A stretch of 57,202 nt of DNA from the NCBI GenBank assembly GCA_030141605.1, contig JAQGDQ010001178.1, positions 1-57,202 of the forward strand, in the 5' to 3' direction. Position numbers and translations under genes: made by a program. Below the pieces are notes generated by a model. It was not told the origin of the DNA. It ran no database searches and saw nothing but the letters and a program-made list of their open reading frames with translations. Source of the stretch: Tubiluchus corallicola. Its lineage: Eukaryota > Animalia > Priapulida. Positions 38,101 through 52,769 of the stretch are shown here, piece by piece. The number at the start of each line of letters is the position of its first letter. Within the stretch, counting starts at the first letter, position 1.

Positions 38101-41100
38101 AACAACAATAGCAACAACAAAAACAACAGCAACAACAACAATAGCAGCAGCAGCAACAACAACTACAATAGCAGCAGCAGCAACAACAACTACAACAACA
38201 ACAATAATAATAAAATAACAACAATAATAATAATTACAACAACAACAATAATAATAATAATAACAACAACAAAAATAACAACAACAACAATAATAATAAT
38301 AATTACAACAACAACAACAACAATAATAATAATCATCACTAATTTTCAAGCTCAATTGTTAGTAATTCTCAAACACATATTGTTTGCATTTTCTTTTCAA
38401 GATGAAAATTGATTTGGACAGCTTAATATTGCGTGCTAAAGTATCCCATGATCTCAGTCCAGCGTTGACAATGAAGTACCACTGTGACGCTGCATTGTGG
38501 TCTAATTACTCCATTTCCTTTCAGGGCGTTCAAGAGAAAGAAAGAAAACTCGAACTGGAGATTCAACGACTTGAAGCCAGGAAGAGTTCCGGCATTGCTT
38601 CTGTTGAATGCGCGGCTTTAGATAATCGTCCTTTACAGGTAATAGTTAGCTGTTGATTGTAAACGCGTCAGCTTTCCATTTTAAGGTAATACAGCTAGGG
38701 TACTGCAAAAATTCAATTTTGTCTTCTGCTTTGTAAGAAATCACATTTCTCGTCTCAACAATACCTTGGTCAAGAAGCGAGAACTGGTCACTGGTCATTG
38801 GTCACTTGTTTTCCAAAAGTTTTTCTTTACTGGATGTAACTTAAATTTTATCGTAAATTGCCGGACTATTGAATGCTGTTTGTTACTAAATTTGTGATGT
38901 TGGTAACTAGTAGGGATGAGAATTTTCCGCGGACGCGCGGAATTGCAAGTTTTTGGAAGATCAGTAGTGCCATTTTTGTAAATCACAGAAATTAGTTTTT
39001 GATAATCGGGGTTGAACTTCGTTTCCGTCGAAATCAAAACTTTCAGTAGCATTTTTTCGAGGTATTTATCTAGCTTACCTTTTTTATCTCCCAGATGTTG
39101 AAAATCGCTGAAAAATTTTGGCTAAAGCAGTTCAAGTAAAGCGTAAATATCGTTTATTTGATAATCTGTACGATTTGTAGCATGCCTTTTACGGCAATGT
39201 GGCATATCTTCATTGCTGACAAATGTGCAGATTTGAGGCGTCCAGACACAAACAACCGAAATACCAAAGCGTAATTTGAATAAACCCAAATTTAATTTTA
39301 TAATTTATGAAATATAGACAACAAAATATGTACAAAATAAAATTTGTTAATTTTTTGAAGCTTCAGGATCATATGTATCATGTATCCTTGATAGTTGGGT
39401 ATTTTAAATTATGAAACAAGGTAATTGATGTTTTAAGTCCACTTAGAGGTTCTCTATGGTCACAAAATTGCATTTTGCTGCGGCCCCCAAACCCCCGGCC
39501 TGTTTCAGAGTTTTTTGCAATTTGCCATTCTCATCCCTGAACTAGTGAGTATTTCGTATTACGGGTCGTCTTTGTTTCTTGCACTTTATTTCAAATGTTT
39601 TTACTTCGTTAAGACTAGTTACATTTTTCTGACGATTTCTCGTGTCAACTCAATTTTTGCGAAACGTACAACTTCTCGTCTTGCATCGAGTTTGAAAAAC
39701 CATCTCGCAGACTGCTAACGCGAGCAAATTGTTTTTGTGGGAGGAATTTGTGTGCTTGCACAGCAAAATAATCAATAAATTAGCAGTTAAGTTTTTCTAG
39801 TTATTCACATATCCTGAATCTTCATTTCATGAGGATCATTTTGATACCAAGTTCATCACTCTATGTTATTTCTAAGCTGAGATAATCCACGTTGAAGTTG
39901 AGGTGCAGGCTGCACACTGAAAAACATAATCTTGAGAAAATCACTGTTAAAGTCAGCCATTGTTTTTTGTCGTGTATATTGAATCTCCATTTCATGAGGA
40001 TCATTTTGATACCAAGTTCATACACAAAATAAAATATAAAATATGTGAAAAAAAACGATATATAAAATAAATATTGAGTAATTGATTCGCTGCTTATTTA
40101 CTGCTAAGTTTTTACGTTAACGTGGTTTCTTCTTCTTCTTCTACATCTAGAAAGTGAAAACTGAACCAGCCGTGCAAACTGACTTCATTCCCGACACGGA
40201 AGAATGTCGACGAAACGCTCCCGGCACCGATTATTCGTCGGAGCGAATTACTACTACCGTGTCGAACGATAGAGTACGTCACGATTCAGAGTCAGCGAAA
40301 AACGGTCTGCCGCACAAAGATTCCAAAAGCGGCGAGACGGGAGTTCCCGTAAACGCTGCAGTGCTGCCACCTTCGGGCGACAAACAGCGCACCGCTTCGA
40401 CGGAGAAAATCCTGAGCCTGTTACAGGAGATTCAAACCCGGCAAGTGGAACTAGTGCGTCTGCAGGCAGAAAAGCTTGCGCTTCAATCTCAGCCGGTCAA
40501 GTCGAACAGCCTGGCCGATTTTATGCAAGTTTCGCTGAATATTCAGACCGACATCGTCAAACTCCAGCAAGAAGTGCAGGCTCTGATTAACGACAGAAAT
40601 GATAGCGGTTATGCGTCGAGCCTCGAGGGCGTAAGCGCAGCCTCCGGTAAGAACGAAATGGGTGCTTTTAGTGAGAGTAAAGACGACGTCCAATTTAAAA
40701 CTCCGGTCGATAAGAAAAAGTCCATATCGACGAAAAACGTGAATAAGGATGAGAAGTGTTTAGATAGAGCCAGTGCATTAAGCAACACTCCTCTATTCGC
40801 TCATTCAAAAGTGTCCCCAAACCGTAAGAGTTGTTTGGATGCATCTTTTGTTCAAAACAATAAGAGTTGTTTAGACGCATCTTTTGTCCCAAACCGTAAG
40901 AGTTGTTTAGATGCATCTTTTGTTCAAAACAATAAGAGTTGTTTGAACGCATCTTTTGTGCCAAACAATAAGGGTTGTTTGGATGTGTCTTTTGTGCCAA
41001 ACAATAAGAGTTGTTTGAACGCATCTTTTGTGCCAAATAATAAGAGTTGTTTAGATGCATCTTTTGTGCCAAATAATAAGAGTTGTTTGGATGCGTCTTT

Positions 41101-43981
41101 TGTGCCAAACAATAAGAGTTGTTTGAACGCATCTTTTGTGCCAAACAATAAGAGTTGTTTGAACGCATCTTTTGTGCCAAATAATAAGAGTTGTTTAGAT
41201 GCATCTTTTGACCCAAACAATAAGAGTTGTTTGGATGCGTCTTTTGTGCCAAATATCGTATCGACGGCAGCAAAATGTTCCAACTTGATGACTCCGGCAC
41301 CCGTAAGACCGTCGGAAAAGTTCGTTCCGTTTGATCGTTCCGTGAAGACAAACGATCAGCTTTCTAGCGTCATCAAGCCTCCGAAGCTTTGCGTTGCGGA
41401 GGCGACATCTTTGCATGGACGGCAAAACGGGGCAGAATTGCGGCAGTGTGTGAACGGGACTTTATGGACCCGGCAAAATGCGGCGTTGAAGGAAAGGATT
41501 GAGGACGAACTCGTCGCGTTGGAGAGAAGCCAACCTAGTCCCACGTTTCCCTTTAACGTTTCAACTTGTCCGACGTTAGATCTGACTCACCTGCCGCCGC
41601 ATTCATTGCTAAACACGGGCGTAATAGACTTAGACGCCGCCGCAAAAGATTTTGAAGTTTTTAGTTGCGGACGCGAAACAACGTGCGTTGCTAACCAAAA
41701 CGCGGAAGTAACTTCCAGTAATGCGGCAAAGACGTGCGCCATTTCAGAAAACGAGGGAAAGAATCGGCGCGTGTCGTCGTTGAACTTGGAGATGAAAACC
41801 GAAGACAAACTTTTTCATAGAAATTTCTCACAGGTAAGAAAGTTTCGAGTTTTACATACAGTAGTAAACCGCTTAATAGACTAACGGTTAATAGACTCAA
41901 AAACACCTGGTACGATCCGCTTCTATTCTAATGTGCATAAAAACTGTCGGTAATTGACTCAAATAACTCTCCATAACTGACTCAATATTATTGCAAGACA
42001 CTGTCGGTAATAGACTCAAATAACTCTCCATAATTGACTCAATATTATTGCAAAACACTTTCGGTAATTGACTCAAATAACTCTCCATAATTGACTCAAT
42101 ATTGTTGCTAGACACTTTCGGTAATTGACTCAAATAACTCTCCATAATTGACTCAATATTATTGCTAGACACTTTCGGTAATTGACTCAAATAACTCTCC
42201 AGAATTGACTCAAATAACTCTCCATAATTGACTCAATATTATTGCAAGACACTTTCGGTAATTGACTCAAATAACTCTCCATAATTGACTCAATATTGTT
42301 GCTAGACACTTTCGGTAATTGACTCAAATAACTCTCCATAATTGACTCAATATTATTGCTAGACACTTTCGGTAATTGACTCAAATAACTCTCCATAATT
42401 GACTCAATATTATTGCAAGACAAAGCCATAAGTATGTCACGATAGCAGGCAACAAAATAACAGTCTAGTGGTCATTCATATGAATTTTATTGGCTTTGTG
42501 TAAGTAAATGGTCTTCTTCTGCTTCAAGTTTACATTATTAATTTGCCGCGTGGTTATAATTTTGCAGGAATTAATCGATCCAATCACGCAGCGTCTTCAC
42601 GATGCTCTATTGGACGAGGAAGTATCGTTGATATCGTGCGGGTTGAAATGCACCGTGAAGTGTTCTTCCAGGTGTTCTGATCCGGTCGCTTCCGTATTAT
42701 CCGAGGGTGACGCGTTTGTGAGTGGTTTTACCTCTATCCTCGACTTGAATTCGCTTTGAGTAGTTTTGCTTAGTCGACTCTAGTTAAATATGAGATCTTT
42801 TTAATCGCGCTAGAGTTGCCTCGAGATACATTTTCCGTTTCATAGTCATTATACGTTAATTTGCTCCGGCGGTGGTGGTAAGAAAGAGAAAAACCGAGGA
42901 CGAAGCAGGAAAATAGAGTCAGTTCCGGTGGTGGCTTGGGTTTAGGCACTGCGGAACTGCAGCACCCCCTACTTTCACTCGATATTATCGATGGCATTCA
43001 TTATAATGAGTTTTTTTTTAATTCTTTCCTTATACTTGTGCATTATATAATCCTTAAAACACAAGAAAATCCTTCATAAACATAAAGCTTAAAAAATTCG
43101 TTTTGGAATTTTATATCACTTACATACATCGCCTTTTTGCGTGAAGGACTTCAATCGGCAGTCACGCTGTATAAAACATGTAAATTTAAACTCCCGCGAT
43201 GACCGTTAGACGCAGCCATTTTCACAACAGGTCATTTGAAACAAGTTTAGATAACATTTTGTAAAGTTTGAAAAAATAATCAGAGCATTCGTGTAGCGCA
43301 CACGTCACTAACTAAATAAAATTTAGATTACTGTATCTTCTTTTCTAGTTACATAAATCTCTCTAGCAGGTAAGCGAAAATCTAAGTAACATAGATTTGC
43401 ACGGAAAGTTTTTTGGGACATAATTTAACATTTCCTTTTCTTCCCCTGATTTACGTTGTGCGTATATGACGTCATGTAATGCCGCCGTTTGGAATAATAA
43501 TAGCTATGCTTTTAGGCTCAAACTGTATGCATCAAAATTATTCTGTAATGTAATTTGCACACGTATATTCTGCATAAGAATCTCTTTTGTAATTTCTGGG
43601 TAATATTGCATTTATATTCATATTTATTTCAGTGAAATTATCTGTATTTTTATTATAACTGTTAGATGGAGAGTGGAAATAAATAAACTTATATAACTTG
43701 TATAAGTATTGCGCGAGATTTAAAATGAAAAGGAACAAAAATTTCCTTCAAGGCGAGTACGATATAAAATCACTATAAGCTAGTATAATTTTTTAAGGTG
43801 ATTTTTCTGAAACGTACTTCAGGTACCCCTCTCCTCTTGTCCCTTTAAGTAGATTTAATACGTTTTGTCTTTAAATCTCACTAATGTGCATTCTGTTTTC
43901 TCGCAGCACTTCGTTCCCATCTCTGAATTGATCTTCTGGTCAATGCACAGGCCCGGTTCGGCGTTTGACAGAACCTTCTGA
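20182..43981 (+). CDS. TROAP: Tastin/TROAP-like protein, about 1255 aa, 18 coding exons: 20182-20204, 21526-21769, 23093-23256, 26056-26219, 27807-27937, 29762-29846, 30672-30729, 31151-31340, 31941-32027, 32626-32728, 34485-34587, 35264-35423, 36141-36227, 36894-37040, 38525-38638, 40151-41833, 42568-42717, 43907-43981
   Basis: All GT-AG, phases chain without stops (3768 nt). Motifs recalled from tastin: FEPDPDALASIV (cf. PDPAALATIL), GTAQRV, and C-terminal RLHDALLDEEVSL...CSDPVASVLSEGDAFHFVPI (cf. LHDARLDDECAFY...CTNPVATLLEWQDALCFIP). The first exon is the least certain. Confidence 0.75.
21985..22726. mobile_element. Tc1/mariner-type MITE, TA target-site duplication
   Basis: ta|ccgtatatactcgcgtataagccga ... 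tcggcttatatgcgagtatatacgg|ta. Confidence 0.9.
23347..23847. mobile_element. hAT-like MITE with a 6-bp target-site duplication (aatatt)
   Basis: aatatt|cggggatgagaat ... attctcatccctg|aatatt; related copy at 38911-39539. Confidence 0.8.
23980..24560. mobile_element. Complete Tigger/pogo-like MITE nested in a Kolobok-like repeat
   Basis: ta|cagtgttccctcgct ... agcgagggaacactg|ta. Confidence 0.9.
25345..25700 (+). mobile_element. RTE-derived SINE body and tail without a 5S head
   Basis: Colinear with 33845-34210 (minus); ends ccattgtcttccgagacagaaggatgc followed by CAAC repeats. Confidence 0.8.
26666..27045. mobile_element. hAT-like MITE rich in TTCGAA motifs
   Basis: taggggtgaacat ... atgctcaccctta; 8-bp flanks attgaaat/gttgaaat (7 of 8 match). 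Confidence 0.7.
27299..27759. mobile_element. hAT (Charlie-like) MITE
   Basis: taggggtgtgcaaat ... atttgcacacccctg with gcgggccg subterminal motifs; no clear target-site duplication. Confidence 0.65.
28000..29585. repeat. Intronic minisatellite, 57-62 bp units, with a 352-bp higher-order block
   Basis: Core cagtttatcagtacatgtacttgtactttgcttg; identical ORF starts at 28042, 28394 and 28746. Confidence 0.95.
29910..30355. repeat. 38-39 bp minisatellite, about 11 copies
   Basis: Unit ggccccaggttgggccatcttaacagcattat. Confidence 0.95.
30730..30992. repeat. 68-bp tandem repeat, about 4 copies, starting at a splice donor
   Basis: Unit gtagtgcagttacacacttgcgttgtttttttaactcgcctctagatggcggtcaagtacgactgcaa. 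Confidence 0.95.
32815..33630. repeat. Degenerate (GTTA/GTTG)n microsatellite
   Basis: Seen directly. Confidence 0.9.
33845..34404 (-). mobile_element. 5S rRNA-headed SINE (SINE3 type) with RTE-derived tail, about 560 bp
   Basis: 120-nt 5S head without a T-run terminator, body shared with 25345-25700, tail encoding SRIGLLSHSRRC. Confidence 0.8.
34285..34404 (-). pseudogene. 5S rRNA-derived sequence (SINE head rather than a functional rRNA gene)
   Basis: Minus strand gactacagcc...ctgatcaccgaagttaagc...gcctggttagtacttggatgggtgaccgcctaggaataccaggtgctgtaggctt is full-length 5S-like with substitutions. Confidence 0.9.
34611..34800. mobile_element. Dispersed repeat family (opposite-strand copies at about 25800-25935 and 30360-30565, fragment at about 15970-16032)
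   Basis: Shared aaaggtcaaaggttaag, taacagttttaac and aagccttttcacagtt blocks. Confidence 0.6.
36277..36755. repeat. Imperfect tandem repeat, about 130-165 bp, about 3 copies
   Basis: aatcaggaagc and cagagtgtttacagagtgactgccc recur. Confidence 0.85.
37600..37858 (-). mobile_element. Dispersed repeat, opposite-orientation relative of 45360-45635
   Basis: Shared ttaaactg.ag.tcaaaacaatctactctttaaa and cattcgctagttagacgg.cactagcgcctg. Confidence 0.7.
37960..38335. repeat. Compound (AAT/AAC/AGC)n microsatellite
   Basis: Seen directly. Confidence 0.95.
38911..39539. mobile_element. hAT-like MITE with a 6-bp target-site duplication (aactag)
   Basis: aactag|tagggatgagaat ... attctcatccctg|aactag. 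Confidence 0.8.
40151..41833 (+). CDS. TROAP: Large exon of the tastin-like gene (561 codons): coiled-coil-like segment and 12-aa tandem repeats
   Basis: Within the 576-aa ORF; pyrimidine-rich acceptor ending catctag, donor gtaaga, phase 0-0. Confidence 0.85.
40817..41248 (+). repeat. Coding minisatellite, 36 bp x 12 (PNNKSCL[D/N]ASFV)
   Basis: In-frame repeats counted in the translation. Confidence 0.95.
41940..42422. repeat. 57-bp minisatellite, about 8 copies
   Basis: Unit ctttcggtaattgactcaaataactctccataattgactcaatattattgctagaca. Confidence 0.95.
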
Positions 43982-44200
43982 ACATCCACACCGGAGCAGC
44001 GACAGTTATCGGAAAATCGGCCTCGTTCGTCACTGCGCGGCCGCGTCATTTCGTTGCGAGTGCTGAGCAGTACGGATGCTATTCCAAAGTTATGATCGTC
44101 GAGTTGTTTTTGTCAGTTTGCCATCGCAGTTACCGTGTGGTAGCTTAGTTGAAATAACTCTAGTTTTGGGCTTTTTGTCTGTAATTTGCATGTGTGTTAA

Positions 44201-44658
44201 CCCTTTAAGTCCCAAATTATTTTTTTAATAAAAAAATTTTTTGGCTTGGTACTTTTGTTCAGTATGTCCATCTTGTTTACACATAATAACTGTTTTTTTC
44301 TACCTGTGCCCGCGTGCTAAATATAGCCTGTATCCCACGGGATACATTGGGATTCAATGGAAGCATAAAATGTGCTTCATTTTGCAACTGCTGATAATTT
44401 TTTAAAGTATTTAAGACATTTAGTATGCATGCTATGCTGATCTGTACAAAGTCGTCTCTAAAGTACTGTACCTTGCGCAGTTTTTTATGCCATGTAGATT
44501 TTCTAGTTTGCCATTTTATCACCATTTTTAGTCTATTGTTATTGGCTTAAATCAAAATAACTATTAAAAGATCAAATGACTGTCAGGTTTAAAACTTTAT
44601 TAATTTTAAAGGCAGAAAATATTCTCATATCCCATGGGATACAACGGGTATGAAAGGG
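44201..44658. mobile_element. piggyBac-like MITE, TTAA target-site duplication
   Basis: ttaa|ccctttaagtccc ... gggtatgaaaggg|ttaa; internal repeat tatcccaYgggataca. Confidence 0.7.
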
Positions 44659-46449
44659 TTAAGTTCCTCATTACAACATGTATCGTGTACACTTGCTTTG
44701 ATATCTATAAAAAAATTCAAAGATTTAGTTGTTAACTGACATATCTGTGTTTATGAACGTTCCTCTTTCTTCGTTTTTGCTATTTGTAGCATATAAACTA
44801 TCTTTTAGGCAATTTTACTACAAAATGTCTTCTCTTTACATCAACAGCACAGTTTCTGAACCTCTTAATAACACTTTTGGCTCTCGAACATAATAAACCA
44901 CGTCGATGTTTAATATCGTTAACGTTTAACGTTAGCTTAATCAAGTTATCTTAATTTTACATACTATTAAAAAATAATAGTCTTTCTATCTTTTATATCA
45001 TCCCATATATGAGCTTCATTCATTACATCATTCCATTTTAAGCACTAATGTTTTTTTTTATCACGATTCACTTTAAATTTTCAGATTATCTCCATTACTT
45101 TTTTTCTATCACTGTGTGGAACAATCTAACAAGCCCTGCTTTTTGATTGCCCGCAACACATTTACCTTCGTGTATAAGTGAACAGTGTTTGAGGCTTTTC
45201 CTGTGCAGTATTTCTTATTTGTATTACGTTCATTGTAGGCCCTTTCACTAGATATTGTACATGAAACTATTGTAAATGTGTAAGGTGAAATAAATGACTT
45301 ATGACTTATCAAAATTAATGGATGGCGAATGGATTAATGCTTATAGCAGAACTGGACCTTAAACTGCAGTTCAAAACAATCTACTCTTTAAAATATTAAA
45401 AGGAAACATACTATTTTTTAAAAAAATGACTTACGTGAAAGAATTATTACCACACAAACATAACTTCACGTTCCCGCCACTAGTTCTTCACTGTTACATG
45501 CATTTCACCATTCGCTAGTTAGACGGACACTAGCGCCTGCATTTCGGAAACGCATTGCACAAAAACAGGTATTGAACTTCTCAGTTTAGATGTGTTAGTT
45601 TGTGACACACTGCACACGTTTAACAGCTCATGCATTTAAGAATAGTAGTGACTGTAGTCAAAATGACTTTAGTGTGAGCAATGCAACATTTGAAATGCTG
45701 AAACGGTTAACCACGTACAGTTAAGAATGAACTTTGGACTGGCATAATCATCCGGAGACATGTACGCCGAAGGTTCCTGGTTCAAATCCAATTTGAATCA
45801 GTCTAGTGTGTCCTAACTTTTCACATTTATTGTCTTTTTAATTTGGCGTCAAAAGTTAATTAACGGTGATTAAAGTTAATTAATTATCTGCACCGTTATC
45901 AATACAATGTTTTTTCTGCGTAATGCTGATGTTTTGAAGTTTATGTTTCGCAGATAACGTGTTAGCTAAGTCACTAGTGGTGCAGTCATTAATTAAGGAA
46001 CCTCTATTACTGTATTCTGCTATTATAATTTAGCAAATAATGATATAGTTCTGATCTGTGCTGTGATTGTGCAAACCTGTTAATTTATTACAGTCTAGTA
46101 GTGATAGACCTGTTAAGTTGCTTAATGATACAATACTTTTGTTAATAGGTGATGGCAATCATCAAGTACTTTTGTTTTAGAATTTGTTAATAGGTGATGG
46201 CAATCATCAAGTACTCTTGTTTTAGAGTTTGTTAATAGGTGATGGCAATCATTAACTTCTTATGCGTAGTGGAATGAGGTCATATTTTTCTGATAGGTTG
46301 TCTTCTGTTTTATGAATTGAATCAGTGCTTCGTGTATGCTGACAGACAGACCATTGAGTTTTGTGAAATTTACGGCAAAAATGACTTTAGGAAAAAGATT
46401 AGTACTGTAAGTGGTTTTTTTGTATCATCATAGTCTTGTACGCAGTTAT

Positions 46450-46975
46450 GGGACCAGTTTCACAAAGCCATCACTATTCGTCTTCAAAGTCTCATTCCAT
46501 CTATTATAGGCATTAAGGTATCAACATTTATCAAAGTTTTCCACCCACTTCTATCTGCAGCTAACAGTGTAAGTTCTTCTACTACTAAAGATAGATTTGG
46601 TTGAAGTTGTTGAACATCTTTACTTATCTTAGCTATCCAAGTTGTTTTAGGTTTACCAGGTGTTTTTTTTTTTGCAATATTTTAAAGCGATTCTTACCGG
46701 TACTTCATTTGGTAATCTTAGAAGATGTTCTAGCCATCTTAATCTTCGGATTTTCACTTTTGAACTCCAATAGATTTCTTTCGTTGTGGTGTATAAATCT
46801 TCATTTTTGATTATGCAAGGTCATCTTATCTTTAAAACTTTCCTAAGAAGACTTTTATGAAATGTGTCAATCTGCTTTTCTTGAGTAATCGTGAAACCCT
46901 AATGTTGTTATTACGTTCATTTAACTATTAGTAATGACGTCATTAAGTTAGTGATGTCTTTGTGAAACTGGACCC
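46450..46975. mobile_element. MITE, possibly Harbinger-like
   Basis: gggaccagtttcacaaag ... ctttgtgaaactggaccc; target-site duplication unclear. Confidence 0.65.
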
Positions 46976-48639
46976 TCATGTCGTTATGGTTGATCTACTT
47001 TGAAAGTGAGTAACAATATGTACATTTAAACGTAAGCGTGGCTCTTGCATCTTGCATCAGTTTGCATCTTCATATTTTACAAACGCACGAAATTTGGTGC
47101 ACTCATATTTTGTTACTAGCTTGTTTTTTAATAACATTAACACTTTCTGTAACTTGTAGTGTTCTGTTTTTTTTTTTACTTCTGAATCTTGTCGCATATT
47201 TTTGTGAAGTACAGTGTATAACAATTATTGTTTCGATACATAGCTGTGAATTTTTTGAAGTTTGTTTTTTCACTTGCTGATTTTGTTTCTAAGACCGCTT
47301 TTAACTATGAATTATTTGTGGAAACATAATGCTGAGCTTGTCACGCAAGGATAAACGAAAGGTAAAACTAAAATAAAGACGGGGTGGCGAAAAGACCAAG
47401 GGTCACCAAGTCAACCACCCCTATCCAAACTAAAGAAAATTAAATGTCCTGTCAAGTAAGGTATGTACAAATGAAAATGATCAGCAACTTAACAAAATGA
47501 GGCAACAAGTTCAAATGAGTTTAAATTTAGAAACAGTAAATAATTTTTTATGAAAAAAGGCAAGATTTAAATTAGCAAACAAAACGGAAAATTTAAAGTC
47601 ATCGAAAACAAAACTAATAATTACATATAAATCAAGAACTCAACCCAACATAAGAAACAATATAAAAACTAAAGCAATATCGAAGTTACGCAAATTACAG
47701 ATACATTGAACAAAATATAACTCCAGTAAAAATAATTAAAGTAAGTCAGTTAACCTAACGTCATTAATGTGTCTCTAACTAAATTGTTATTTACAGAAAT
47801 TTATCACACACAAGTTTTAAGAAAATAATACGCAGGAAATAATGTCAAAATGAAATGTGGAATGATAGTTCGGACAAAAAAGTCTCAAATTTCAGCATGG
47901 TACCGCTGCTACACCAGCATCCTATAGCTGTGCACACAGACCTGTTGACTGTGTGTGGTCCCTGTAGGCCTACATTGTGATAGGCACCTCTATGCACACT
48001 GAGTTTTGTCTGCACGCACACTGAAGCTACCAAACATTTTTTTACCCAATTCTAATTCATATTGAAAATGATTACATGCGAACTGCAAAAAAATTATATG
48101 TCCGATTTTGCAGGGCCCCCCCCTCGCTCTCCCCTAGTTCCGCCCTTGGTACACATCGAGTCCATGACGAATATTACATATAATATCTATTAGCACAACG
48201 TAAGCAAGATGCATAATCTCTGTTCTGAATAGTTGTCTTTAACTAATTGTTTTGTTTTCTTTCCTCGGAGTAGGTAATCTGGGATCTGTTGTCACGAACA
48301 GCGAGGAACCTAAGCATATTAACACACACTCTTATTCCTAGTTCGTTTAAAAAGGAATTTGGAATTTCATATTACATAACTATTTATTATGGATGCATTA
48401 AACCGAGTAAACTACATACAAAATTAATTTTTATAACAGCAGTATGCTTACTTTCGAGCTCGGAAAATATCACTGTATATGTGGTTGAATTGAGGCATCT
48501 GTATTATAAGCAATATGTCACGCGATTAACTCTATTTACTATTGTAATACTATCGTTACTAATATCGCTCTATATAAAAGTTCGAAAGCAAATTCGTTTG
48601 GTGCAGCCCTAATATAAGTGCATACAAACTACTGTAAGA

Positions 48640-52008
<3,369 letters not shown>

Positions 52009-52769
52009 ATTTATTTCCATTTTAATTTTTTTAGTGACTTGTTTGTAGAGTTTTCATTAATTAGCGATAATGTTCCATTATTAATTTCATGACCCCGGTA
52101 AAACTTATTTGTTGATTTTAAATTTATTTACCATATTTCCATTGTTCAATTAAAAAGAACCTGCTAAAATTTGTGCACGTACTTTTCGTTTTAAATTGAT
52201 AGTATCACTAAAACAGCATCAAACAATGAATACGCAACTTCAAGGTGTATTTATTAATGCTGTAGCAACAGTGGGTTGCTGACGAGCGACGATGATCTAA
52301 TTAGTGACCACAGACCTATGTCTTTCTTTGCTAGCTGTTATTAGAACCTTTATTAAAAAAACAACGAAATGTGAGTAAATATTCCATTGCGACAAACAGC
52401 AGCTGCACGAACATTTTGTCGATGGGAATTGATGTGGACGAAATTTTGAAAATAGGAAAATCCAAAAGCAAACGCCCAAAGTGAGGAAGATGTGAGCTAA
52501 AAGCTAAAAGTCCAAAACAACCATGGTAAGACTAGCAGGACCAAACTTCGCAATGTCACAGTGCGAGCAAGTGAAACATGGCGACGGCGCGCCGGCGTTT
52601 TAGATAATTCAGTCGCGTGTTACCATAAACAGTTTTTTTGTACACGTGGTGCTTCTGTGGCTGATGCAAATTTCCCCAAAATCTGAAAGTTTGCACGATA
52701 GTCTGAATCTTATGTTAATGTTCACATTATTTTATTGAAGTTGGTGCGTTTGAATTTGCTGTCTCTTCA

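Noticed and set aside
40695-41351. 218-aa antisense ORF
   Set aside because: Shadow of the 36-bp coding repeat.
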